64,000 bases of DNA, from positions 96,038,001 through 96,102,000 of the forward strand of contig OZ038378.1 of the NCBI GenBank assembly GCA_964036045.1, written 5' to 3'. Below the pieces are notes generated by a model. It was not told where the DNA came from. It did no database searches and was given only the letters and a program-made list of their open reading frames with translations. The DNA is from Eutreptiella sp. 'Long Island Sound 2002' (lineage: Eukaryota > Protista > Euglenida). Below, piece after piece: positions 21,145-32,938 of the stretch; the first letter of the stretch is position 1; each line of letters starts with the position of its first letter. The translations under genes and the position numbers were made by a program.

Positions 21145-23753
21145 ATATTTGCGGCCTTGGGTTAATGCTTGGCAGGTTCTTATTAAGGCTAGTGACTCAA
21201 TGCCTCAAATGCGAATCCAAAAATGGGAATCAAAAATTAACGCCGAGAGCCATTTTCACATATTTCTTACATCCACACCATTAGGACCCCCGAACCAAAC
21301 CTCGGCTGAAAATGACGCCTGAAGCGGTAAGGCAACCCGTGGCAGTCGTCATTTCCACGGGATACCCCTTTACCCCCTTTGAAAAAGTTAGAACGTTCCG
21401 TCAACGTGTTAACTTTACGCCAAATATTAAAGAAATTTTGGTTTTAACTTGGGTCTCTAGGGAAGATACTTTTGTGGGACTGCTAGAAGTGCAGCGGTCG
21501 ACGAGTGTCTTCGAGGGCCTATGCAGAAGTGGAGTGCAAGTGATGTGCCGTAGCTTTGAGTGGAGGGATGGGCCGGGGTTGCTTACCCGCCACTTTGGTT
21601 TTTTTGTGGTGGTAAGGGTTGTAGTTTTGAGTGACTGAATGATCGGTCCGTTCATTCTTGGGCCACTCAAGAACATGAGTTCTTTCATGTCCTCTTGCCA
21701 TTGTTGTACGAGTCCTTTCAACGTGCCCTTCTCAAAAGGTGACCCTAGTTTGATAAGAGCTTTTGTGCTCTCTCTGGTGTTTTCGGAGGGAAGAAATGGA
21801 TCCACCAGCATTCTGTTCATGTGCATCCATTCGTCAAGTGGAACATTCTGGGGTTCCAACCAGTAACAGTATAGAGCCACCAATAGTGCTTGGGTGCTTG
21901 GGTGCTTGGGGGCGTCACTTCATGTTTTTATCTCTTGAATGCTGACACCCGGAACAACCCATTTGGAAAATGCGGATCCCATACTAGGCATCTGTGGTAT
22001 GCCGGACCCGGGACTACCACGTGGGATAGGAGAGTGAGAACATTGCTAAGAAGAATGTAGTCAATTTCTGTGTTTAGCTCCCTTCCCTTGTAAAAGGTAT
22101 AGCTGATATGCGTGGTAGGGGGATAGGGGATATGCAGTCTTGGGAGACGGGACTCTTGTTCGAGAACTGCATATACATTCATCAAACAATTAGACTTCCT
22201 GTTTGTGTTAAAGTCGTCGACTGCTGCGGTTGGGACGCGCAAGTTGCGGTGCAATGCCTGCATAGCCACTAATTCGGACACCTTCTCAATTTCTGATAGG
22301 TCACCAGCCCGCGATCTTTAGTGTCCATGGTGAAGCGCATAGCCATCCAACATGTGGAGTTGCACACAACTGCAACTAGATGGAGGGATCCTAGTTGCAG
22401 CCGGCGGTGTAGCACAATCCACATCCCTATTCAAGGACCTTTCACTGTTCCTACAATGAATACGTATGCTTTCAGGCAACCACCTCGCTCGGATTAGCAT
22501 CTCAAAGTTCTTATAGACAAGCAACGTTTGGATCTAGCACGCATCGCACAGTGACCAGTTGATCCATGATGGACCGGGCTGCTGCGCCACCAGAATTGGT
22601 GCTCACTACTTGCATGTGAGCATGTGCGACCTCGGTAGCCTATTGCTACTATTGTATGTCTCACAGGAACAGACACTCGTGCCTAATCCACAGTGGAAGG
22701 TCTTGGTGTGGCTTGATGGGTGGAGTGTAGGAGGATCTGGATCTAAACCTCACGGGCAGGACATGTTGCAGCGTGTGACCATGCACGTGGTTTGCAGAGA
22801 GGCAAGCAATTTGCTTGTTGGCGGCCGGATGACCAAGAGTGAGGAATTTGCAAAAGGCCCTCACTGAGCTACTCACGAGGAAGGGATTCTACTATGACTA
22901 ATGTAATTCTTGGCTTGCCACACCGAGTGCACCATTCTGTGCACAGTCCTCCAATTGCTTGGTGCGGGGACGGAGGTAGGTATCTCCATGGTGCTATGCC
23001 GTAGATGAGGGAGATACCATTGCACTACATAGGAGGGGTGACCGCCATGCAGAAGTCTCCCAGATGGGCGGGGCATTGAAGCAGGGTTTGGCACCAATGC
23101 AAGAGGGCCTGCGCTAGTCGTTGCCTCCATATCGGAAAAAATTCAACTATGCTTGCTGCTATGCGTGTCACTCCATGGAGGGTAGGTGAATTGATGTTGG
23201 CAGGCGCCGAGTAGCAAACACTTGGTGTGGATGGAGGTTGGTTATACATGCGCAGTCGTAGATGACTACCCACAATGCAATTTGGACAAAACCATGTCCG
23301 TTCACCTGTTGCTTTGGTGCGACAGGGGGCGGCGGTACCACATGACCATCACACAGCCCAGCTGGATGGGATTGTTGGGTAGTCAATTGTTGAACATAGA
23401 TCCTACAACTTCTTTTGCAGCCGTCTTAGAAGATTGGGAATCTACGGTCTGGACACTTGAAAACTGTAGACCCAAAGGATGCGCAAAAGCCATTCACAGG
23501 CTCATAGCTCGAGGGTAGTGGTGGAAGTCACAGCTACCTCCACCCTCGCGCTCTTCAATGGCAGCATGTTGTGCATGCAAATACTCATTCTCGGATATTT
23601 CCGGAGTTGCATAGGTGGGAACAAGTCAGGAGGGACATGCAGTATTCGGGTTTGGAAGGTCACTTGGCGCGCCGGCGCCGGGTCACTTTGTGGTGGTTTT
23701 GCCCTATTAGCCCGGTTAGCCCGATTAGCCCCCGTGCCCCCTGAGGCGCCCAT
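21145..23753 (-). mobile_element. LINE-B fragment (ORF1-like region plus APE and linker), cut on its 3' side by LINE-A
   Basis: VDDFN, TFYKGRELNTEIDYILLS, ..AYHRCLV (APE C-terminal motifs) at 21928-22281; Cys-rich upstream frame (WFCPNC); heavily degenerate; no RT present. Confidence 0.68.
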
Positions 23754-24690
23754 TCGCGAGTGGCGACACGCAGGTTACCCCTCCTGCATGCTGGAGGGTT
23801 GCCGGGGCTCATCCTTGCTCCCGGCACCCCCCTTCCCAACCCCCGTCTCCCCTTCCTTCTCACCCCCCTTTTAACCCCCCACCTCACCTTTCCTCGTCAC
23901 CCCCCTCCCCTTATTCGCCACCCTCGACCCCCTCGTCATCCCCAACATCTCCGTCGTCCCCGTTGACCCCCTCCCATAGCGCCTTCCGGAGGTGGGCCTC
24001 CGCCTTCTCCCGGGTGCGGAAGAGGAGCTTCCCCGGCACCCAGCAGGTGCCCCGCTCACTCTCCCGCTTCCTCTTCTTCCCCTTCTTCCCCCCCTCCCCA
24101 TTGGGCCCCTGCGACACCACCCAGCACTCCCCCGGGTCCAACTCCTCATCCCAATCTGCCAACACCGTCACTTGGTTGACGGTCCCCCCCTTGCCCCCCT
24201 CCGCCCAAGGGACATACCGGGCACGTTCCAATAGGGGTCCTGGCCCCTGTCTTGCAAGCGGGGGGCTTGGGGTGGCCTTGCCCTTGCCCTTGCCGTTGCC
24301 TTTGGGCTTGGCCTTGGGCTTGGTCTGCCGGGCTTTAGGGGGGGGGGGGGGCGTCTTCCTCACTACTCTCGGAGCTGAGTTTTTTCTTGCGGGCCTTGGG
24401 GGGGTGTCCTCTCCCCGCTGCTGGTGCTGTTGCTGCTGCTGCTGGTGCTGATGTCGCTGCTGCCGGTCCCCCCCCCCCCCCCGGTCGTGCATCCTCCCCC
24501 AACATTTGCGCTGCAAGTCCATGCCCCCCGCACCTCCCACCTACCCAAACGGTCCAGCACCGAGAGGGCCAAATTGGGGTCAATCCCCATCATCCGGCCC
24601 GACACGGTGACCCCCACGAGGCGCGTCCGGCCTCCGCCATCGCGCCACTCCACGCGCACCCCGCGGGGGTCGGCTCCACACGTTTGCAGG

Positions 24691-24842
24691 CTCACAACCC
24701 GAGAACAGAAACATAATGGAGGTGCGTTCTAGCGGCGTTCTAGGCAACTGTTCTAGCGGCGTTCTAGCGGCGGCTGCACGGCGGTGGCTTGATCAACGCT
24801 AGAACGGTTCGCTAGGTCAACGCTCGAACGCAGTGAACATAC
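24691..24842 (-). other. GT-AG intron D (CTAG-rich), homologous to intron C
   Basis: ggcatg|GTATGT donor; long shared sequence with intron C; acceptor position uncertain (GAG, 24691 or 24674). Confidence 0.65.
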
Positions 24843-26198
24843 CATGCCTTGCCGCTCCAAGGCGGGGGAGATTGCCCCCAGGGCCTTGCCGAAGGACTCC
24901 TAGGGCTTGGGGGGGTGCGGTTGCGGGGGGACCCCCAATTGCGGGGGTTGCGGCGGGCTTGGGCTTGGAATTGGGCCGGCAAGTGATGCCGTGCACCATC
25001 CCGGCATACCCCCCCCCCTGGTTCGCCGCCTCCGGTTCGAACCCCCCCATGTCCATCAGCGCCAACCAGTTCGGCGTCCAGGTCCAGGTCCTCGCCCCAT
25101 ACTCCATCCCCCCCAAGCCAAGCCCCTGCCAGCAGTTGGCGATGAATCGCCAGTGGGTGCCCCCCCTCTTTTTCCTCTCTGGGGTGAAGAGGTGGAGTTG
25201 CGGCAGCTCAAACATCTTCATCCCCATTTCCGGGGGGTCGGCACGTCTCCCCCCATTTGTTCCCGGGCAACTCCCGTTGCCACCCCCACCACCGTCGGAC
25301 CTCCCCCGGCCGCATGGGCTTGTCCAGTCGGTCCAACCCCCCTTCGTCCACCCATACCCACCTTCCCGCCGCCCACAGCCCGTGGTGCACCTGCTGCAAC
25401 AAAAACCGGAGAGTCCAAACCGGACTCTCCGGGGCGACGAGGAGGGGCTGGTTCAGGGTTGGGGGATGTGGGCCAGCCAGGACGGCCGGGTCCCATGGCA
25501 GGTCCTGGATGGCCCCCGCATCCCTCGACCCCAAAAAAAACCTCAGCCACTCGCTCTCTCTCCCCCACCGCCGTCTCCACCACCACCTTCGCCTCCACCT
25601 CCTCCTTCACCGTCTCCTCCACCATCTCCTCCGCCTCCATCTTCACCTCCACCACGTCCTCCACCTCCTCCTCCTTCACCTTATCCACCTCCGCCGCCAA
25701 AATTGTCTCCATTCTCCACACACTGCGATACAGCGCGACGATCGCCTCCTCCTTCTCCTCCACCTTCTTTTTCGCCTTCCTCAGCGAGTGCTCCGCCATC
25801 GCGATCCGGTCCTCACCCCCCATCTCCCGCACCTCCACCAGCCTCGCCTCCCATTGGGAGACCTTGGTCTCCAGCTTGGCCTTTGCCCCCTTCTGAGCTG
25901 CGAGGGAAGCCGAGAGACCTCGCAGCTCCCGCCACATTTCCTCCACATCCGCGTGCCCCGGGGCCGCCTTGGCCGACTTCTTGGCGTCCAACGGGTCAGG
26001 AGGTGGCAATGGTGGATGTGGGGCTTGGGATTGGGGCTTGGGTTTGAGCTTGGCGAGGGGGGGTGGCTTGGGCTTGGCCTCAGCCGCGGCCTTGGGCTGG
26101 GCCTCGGCCTGCTCGGCCTAGGGCTCGGCCTGCTGCACTTGCTCACCTTGCTCCTGCGCCGCCGTCACCTGCGCTAGCAGCTCCGTCGTCTGCTGTTG

Positions 26199-26342
26199 CT
26201 AACAAAAAAGCAGGAGCATTCTGGCGGCGTTCTAGGCAACCGTTCTAGCGGCGTTCGAGCGACGTTCTAGCGACCGATCGTGCTGCCTAGATCAACACTA
26301 GAACGCTTCCCTAGATCAGCGCAAGAACGCACAACAAAATAC
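26199..26342 (-). other. GT-AG intron C (CTAG-rich) in the accessory gene
   Basis: cgcaag|GTATTT...cttttttgttAG|caacag; in-frame join. Confidence 0.8.
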
Positions 26343-26415
26343 CTTGCGGACCAGCTGCTCCATCAAATCCTTCGAACCCATGTTGGTGCCGGTGAATTTT
26401 TTTTTCGAGAGAAGC

Positions 26416-28328
26416 CTACATGTGGCCGTGGCCCCTCCTCACCTCTATGGCATCCCTGCCCGAGCACGGCACTTGCGACTGCGCCCCCCCGTGCACAACC
26501 CATGACACCTCAGAGTATGCAAACAGCCATGTCATGCACTGTGCTTGCACATTGGCCTCCCTATGGATGGCCGACCACTGACGACCGGACACCTCGTCCA
26601 CCCCCCCCACCAGACAGCCCCCCCCCCCGGGTTGCAGAAAGCGGTTGATGCTTTCCGAAATGTTACTTGAGAAGATAGCCAACCCAAATGGCTTATTCTT
26701 CTGCAACATGGTATCTTCGTCATGCTCGAGGCTGAGTAGATACCATGATGCTGTAACCACAGTACAGTGCCGTGGAAATCACTGGCCACGGCGGCGCAGT
26801 TCAATGGGTTATGGTCCTGATATGTACAATAGAGAGCTTGCAGCAGGTCCCACAGTTTCGCGATGGCCTTGTACTTGGCTGTCCTCGGCCTAATGCTGAG
26901 GCACCTAGCAACATCCGACCATGCCTCAAAAAAGTTGGCCGTGTCTTCCCTGTCCGGGGAAGCTGACCCATAAACATAAACGCTCCAACCTGCACGCCTC
27001 TCGGACAGGAGAACCTGCAGGTCTTGATGGAGCGCAGGGGTGACCATCCTAGCCTCCCGGTCGACAAACTCCCCCTACAAGCGGCCCATGGCCATTGTCA
27101 GGTGCAAAATGCACAAGACGACCCAGGCACGTGGCAATTTCAAAATCCGTTGCATGCTGCAACCAGCAGCTTGCAAGGAAGGCATCCCAAGGAGGAAGGC
27201 CGTGTAGTGGGCCTCATCACCCTCCATGCTCCGCGGGGTAGCACTACCCTCCCAAGTCTTCGTTTGGGCATTCCATATCCCCTCATTGAACATGGATCCC
27301 ACTTGGGGGCATGTGGACACCCCGATCACCCTTCGTGTGCACGGTTGCTCTTTCCCGGGGATCACCTTTGCCTCCTCCTTGAATCCCCCCCATTGGATGA
27401 GCACCGTGTCGATGATGTCTTGAAACACCTAAACACGAGACATGGGGGGTGGTTAATTTCGTTCTAGTCTAGTGTAGTCTAGCTTCTAGCTAGCGGTGTC
27501 CGAGGCTAACTAGATCAAAACTAGAACGAGTGAAAGGCATTGGGTGAGAGGCCTACCTCCCACTTATTCTTCCACAACGTCCCAAGGGTGTCCATGGCCT
27601 TGTCATCGCAATGGGCCATGCTCAACACCCAAAGGCCCGCGGGGGAGCGGGCCAAGCGATCGAAGTTGGCCAAGGAGATGGTGAGTTGGGTCCAATTGCC
27701 CCCGGCCACGGGGTAGGCATCTCCCCGGAGGATGGACGCCAATGGGAAGTTGAAGTTGATTGATCGCACCAAGCCCGGCCGGCAGAGGATGTATGTGACC
27801 CATGAGGCGAAGAGCCATGAAATCCCGGTGGCCTTGGGCAACACCGTTGCAACGGGCTCATCCGATTGCACGGGGGCGACCAACTCCTTCCAACGGGCTT
27901 GGAAGTTCCGCTCGGTACAAATTGGACGGGAGTAGTCGCCACCGGGGACGGTGCGGTGGTACTCCACGTTACGGAGCGTGTACAGCTTCGAGAGGGTCCT
28001 CCACGACGACTTGGGGGCCGTCGTGTTGAGCACTAGTTCACACAGGGCGGGGGGGGGGGGTGAGAAGGGAGGCGGCGTATGCCTCAACAGCGGCCTTGCA
28101 TGCCTCACCCGTGGTTTGGCTAGAAGTGGCGGTGTTCACATATTGGACGGCGTTGTTGAATTGCCGCCGTGCTAGGGGGCATGATAGCGCCCACGTGGCC
28201 AAGTAATGGCCCACCCGCTCATCCTTGAGGTTTGAAGCCCCACTCAAGTCCCGAAGTGCCTTAGACAAGAGGGAAGTATCCTTCCCGGTTGAGGAGGGAT
28301 CAAGGGGGGAACTGGCGGGGCGTTTCAT
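26416..28328 (-). pseudogene. RAG1/Transib-like DDE transposase, intron-containing, degenerate
   Basis: LRGDAYP (first D), RRVIGVS...GSMF, ILHLTMAMGR (LH motif), WYLLSLEH, FSSNISESINRFL (cf. RAG1 EGNESGNKLF). The intron at 27429-27556 joins NKWE to VFQD in frame. Confidence 0.6.
27429..27556 (-). other. GT-AG intron B (CTAG-rich) in the transposase
   Basis: tgggag|GTAGGC...gtgtttAG|gtgttt; phase-0 in-frame join. Confidence 0.8.
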
Positions 28329-28348
28329 AGCAAAGAAACGTGTAATAT

Positions 28349-28535
28349 CTAAGCGTGAGAGAAGGAACCATGGAACAATGCACCGCAAACAATTGCAAGC
28401 ATTCATTGCGGAACAATGAAGAAATTGGCACATCTGGGTAGACATTATATCGTTCTAGTATTGATCTAGTCTAGGCTAGAACATCTAGGCTATAGTATTC
28501 TAGGCAAGAACAAGATTGCGTCTTCTAGCGTGTAC
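28349..28535 (-). other. Putative GT-AG intron A (CTAG-rich) in the transposase 5' leader
   Basis: ccttg|GTACAC...ctctcacgcttAG; same CTAG motif; no coding join to test. Confidence 0.45.
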
Positions 28536-29420
28536 CAAGGGCAGGGGGCAGTCAGCCACTCGATCATTTTGTGCCAACGCCATCTGGCAGTTGGGCAATT
28601 TGCGATGTGCTCGCGCCGCATAAGCATATATAGCGTACCAAAAAATGAGCTACCCAAGCTTATTTTTAGTGCGCATATCTGCCGTTCCGGAGATATGGTT
28701 GAGGAAGTGGCGAAGTGGCATGATCTGGATAGCGTGTTGGAGAATGCTGTCTAGGACTTGGTCTCCTATTTGTCCTTTCATCAGGCACTCATTGTCATGG
28801 GTGGTTTGGTGGAACTGAGAGACCAACCAAGCTGTGATCTTAGCCTAGTTGGCAACATACACGGCTTGCACTTATGATCGAAGGGTTGGTGCGCTGGCGT
28901 CCGGGAGGGCTCCACTAAGCATGGGCCAGAAAGTGGCCATGGACGCCGATACAGGGCCTGCCCCTAGAATTCTATGCAGTTCCTTCTCTGCGGCACCCAC
29001 GAGGAGTTTGCATGATAGAAGTAGTTCTCCCGTGCCTGGAGGATGGCTAGCTGTTTTGACCGGAAACACGTGGAGTGATTGAAGTGCATGGGCGTGCTGT
29101 TTGTGACTCAACCTATCCCCCTATGGATTGTTGGATTTTTGACCCCCCTCCCCCCCCTCCCCCGCGCTACCTGTGTACCCCGTTGGTTGGAGGGTGGGTG
29201 GGGTGGCGTCAAAAGACATGTGTTAAATTTTCGAACCTTGGTCTGCAAAACAGATCCGGATGCAAAACCGGCGCCCTGTCGTCTTGGGTGGGTGTGGATC
29301 CAAGAGGTGTCGGATGGGAGGCTTGCGCCTGATTTGCGTTGCCATCACGCCCACTTCACACTCCATGCCCTGCATCACCCGTAGATGTTGGGTGCCACGA
29401 AAAAACCAAACCCAGTGTTT

Positions 29421-29516
29421 CTGCCTGCCTTCCTGCATGCGTGCTTGACTGCCTGCGTTGCTGTGTGAGTGACTGACTGTCTGACTGACTGATTGACTAA
29501 TCAACTAACTAACCGA
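29421..29516. repeat. Compound tetranucleotide microsatellite (CTGC/GACT/AACT)
   Basis: ctgcctgcc...gactgactgtctgactgactgattgactaatcaactaactaac. Confidence 0.8.
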
Positions 29517-30438
29517 CTCTCGTGTTCTAGCACCCAATATGCTCCTACCCTCTCGGAGGTGCCTTACCGCAAGCAACAGAATTTGTGGCTACCCACCTCC
29601 TTGGCACAATCACGTTTGAAGTACCAACAATGAGAATACCTTTACGTTCACTTGAGCGAATACACCCACCGAAGCTCCTGTCTCACAGCGACGAATGGGT
29701 ATTTGTGTTACGACACTGATACTATGTTGTCACGGCTTGTACGCAACGAATCTTTGATGCTTTGCTAGTTCGCAAGTTTCCTTGTTATTGACAACAAAGC
29801 GAGAAGTAAAGAGGAAGACAAGCACAGCGTTCACAGTCAACTAGAACGGTTTGCATGCCCGTTTGTTTGTGCCCGTTTGTTGGCAGGTGTCGGACTGTAC
29901 AGCGATTATGCTACCTAAAGCGCTATTTGTCTGTGTCTGCCTGGAACAGAATGTGCAATCGCATTCAGATTTTGCTATTCTCTGTGGAAAACAGCTTGGT
30001 CTATGCGGAATTAGATACCAAAGCATTATCAAGACGATATTATCGTATAATTCAATGTCCGCGTAATTTAACCTAGATTTACCCGTAAATAGGCGATATT
30101 ACTCTCCCGCGACCATCAGCGAATTGATTTCGCCTTAGTGACCAAAGTTGAGAGGTGCTGTACACCACAGAAAGGTGCTGTTTATCTCAAAAGAGCAATA
30201 TTGTCTACATACACACATACATGCCTGCCAACCTACTTGGGAGGGGGGAAGGGGGCTCACAGCTCCACACCCATCTGCATCAAGTGTCCCTGCCCACAGC
30301 TCCACAGCCATCTGCATCAAGTGTCCCTGCCCTTGGTCATCAGCATTGTTGCTAGGTATAATCGCCGCCAAACTAAGTCACCTCATTGAAGCAGTCCACG
30401 TGTTAGGGTACATGTCACCACCCTAACCTCAATCCACA

Positions 30439-32578
30439 TTGCGCAAGCCATTGGAGAGGTTCAGCTATGCTTGTGCAAGCCTCATAGTCAAAATAGAGAC
30501 CACAAGACTTCAGTGGGGTGATGACTATTATAAACTCCTCAAACAACAATATTCCGATGCAGTGAATGTTGTATATCTCACGGTAGCCCACAAGTTGAAG
30601 GGATGTCACCTACACACACCACTACCAACCATATCCGTTGCTCAAAAGGAAAATGCCACTATAGAGATCAACGAACAAAAATCAAACACCCCTGAATGTT
30701 CAAGCTTACTTCTAATGCAAATTGAGCCACATACCAGAACAATGCTAAAAAATGAGCAGAGACTCGGACACAAGGTTATGAAATTACAAATTGACCGGTG
30801 CATACAACGTATTTCGCGCATGCCCATCTTGCCTTTGCCAAAATGTGCCGTCCGCTACCTCGCTAGATCGGGGCATCGCAACGTAAGGACATACCGCCGC
30901 CTACCCGCTGTTTTGGCTATTTCAGGTCAATCAACATTGCCGTGGGAGCGTATAGCGAAGGTGAACATTACTGGGACAAGTTCAAGTGGCGCTATGGGAG
31001 AACCTCCAACCAAAGCCGTGCCCTATGCGTCCTTTCCCTTGCAGACCTTGGTCCTACCTACGGATGAACGCAATCCGAAGTACCAGATCAACAGATACAA
31101 TCCATCAGGACCAGCGAAAGAAATGAGCGTATCATATACAACCAGTATCATGTGGTCTATGTCGAACGGGAACCAAGAACCGGCCAGGGGCCCAGAACTC
31201 GATAGGCTAATTGCGGTTTTGAAGGCAGTGCACGTTGACCGAATTGATGCGAAGATTGTAACGACGACAAATGCTGTCGAGGATCCTTTGGCTCCGATTG
31301 TCGAAAAAAAGGTCAAAACCCCACATGGATTCGTCTTTGGACAGTCAGATGCCCATTTGGGCGATGTACTATCCAAATTCAATTTTAAGTTAGGGCCAGA
31401 CTTCAATGTTGATCTAACCGCCACACCTAAGCCTTGTAACACCAACATCAGCACCAACACTAGCACCAGCATTAGCACAGGCTTCACCACCACTAGCACT
31501 TTCACCGAAATTGGTATCTGTCCTGACACCAACTTCAATACCCACAACAGCACCTGCACTCGCCTTGGCACAAGCATCAAAATCGGCGCCAACACTGACA
31601 TTGGCACCATCCCACCGAGAGCAGACTCGCCCCGGTCCCGGTTGACATCTCGGCTTATGACAGCCATGCCTCCAACCACCAGTGATTTTTCTAGTTGCCC
31701 CCTCGCAGCTCATTCGTCATCCAGAGCTGGAAGTGTCTGTGGTAGACTCCCCTTCCTCAACGGAGAGTCCTACGGTGGCAAGGCCTTATGATCTCAAGCT
31801 CACCCCAAGCATTCCTGCTCCACATGGTGAGCTAGCAGTGTCCGCGGTAGACTCCCTATCTTCAACAGAGAGTCCTAAGATGGCACCACCCTTTGATCCT
31901 AAGCTCAACCCAAGGTTTCCTAAACCAGTGCTACCCGTTGACCAAAAGGATTTGAATCACCCCGCCCCCACCACCCCCACCTCCCAAGCTGTAACAAAAC
32001 ACCTCAACAATGAGATCAAGCCCAAAACCTGCAAAGTAGGCATAGGACACTACTTGCACCTTGATAAAACGAACAGAATACAAATTTTGGCAGATAGGAA
32101 TGTTGACAGCAAAATGATTAAACAGATGACACAAAAATTTTGGTCAAGAAGAACACACATAGCACATGATTTCCAAGGGTTTTGCCTTTTGGCTATTGAA
32201 ATGAACACAAGGAGCTCCCTGTCTCAGAGATGGTTATACCAAGAAATGTGTCAATAGAAAAAATTCCGTGACACCCTACCGATCATCCACACCATGCAAG
32301 AGCTACCTGAGATGGAAATGATCCAACGTAACGCAATCCCAAGTGAGCAGAGAGAGGAACAAAACAAAATGTTCGGAGAAGAGTGTTTTTATATTTCTTT
32401 TATTCAATGGGCTGCTGCTACAATCACAAGAGTTCACACAAAAATGATTACTGAATTCCAATCATTGCTGATAGCGGCGGAAATCCAACGAGTGAATGCC
32501 ATGCGTAGATCACTGTTTCTCCAAATAGAGCAATCTGCCAGAATTGCCATCTTGTTGGAAGCTAATGAGTGCATTTAG
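30439..32578 (+). pseudogene. Long intronless ORFan, disrupted (ORFs 30439-31791, 31682-32257, 32294-32578)
   Basis: Three consecutive + ORFs (450, 191 and 94 aa) in moderate-GC DNA; an internal duplication is preserved as protein (ELEVSVVDSPSSTESP / ELAVSAVDSLSSTESP); no recognised domain. Confidence 0.5.
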
Positions 32579-32699
32579 CGCCAAGGTTTGTGGTTATTGG
32601 AAGCTGCTTCAAGATGGGGTGATTGCATGACGTATAAACACAACTTTAAACGCCAAAAATTGCTTGTCCCCAAGTAACCAGTCCATGCCCTTGGGCTGG

Positions 32700-32938
32700 T
32701 TGACCAGGGTCCTGGCCACCTGGTTGGTAGACCCAGGTCCTGGCTCACGGCAGGTTGACCAGTTTGTTGACCATTCCTCTTTCTGAGCAGCCCCTCCGCG
32801 CATAACTCGAAATCACTCCATCTTCCAATTGAAGGCGATAGGGTCCAAGTAACCAGGTCCCGGCCACCAGGCACGGAGACCAAGGTCCCAGCCACTCGGC
32901 AGGTAGACCATGGTCCTGGCCTCCCGGTTGGTAGACCG
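32700..32938. repeat. Degenerate ~28-bp tandem repeat, two clusters
   Basis: Units like gaccagggtcctggccacctggttggta at ~32700-32762 and ~32850-32938. Confidence 0.7.

Larger units (their letters stand above)
23911..26381 (-). pseudogene. Spliced accessory gene of unknown function (coiled-coil N-part, Lys/Gly-rich C-part)
   Basis: ATG at 26381 gives MGSKDLMEQLVRK, which splices in frame to QQQTTELLAQV. It continues through ORFs 25218-26009, 24817-25227, 24363-24695 and 23911-24540; several of the frameshifts can be placed in G/C homopolymers. Confidence 0.6.

Noticed and set aside
24833-26177. Long Pro-rich plus-strand ORFs (404, 329, 306 aa)
   Set aside because: They are antisense shadows of the Glu/Lys-rich minus-strand gene, which has the splice support.
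29130-29220. TIR of the RAG-like unit (ttttgaccccc...gtcaaaa)
   Set aside because: It forms only a local imperfect inverted pair; no matching partner or TSD near 23.8 kb.
32700-32938. CRISPR-like array of ~28-bp repeats
   Set aside because: Units are abutting and degenerate with no unique spacers; no cas genes; eukaryotic context.
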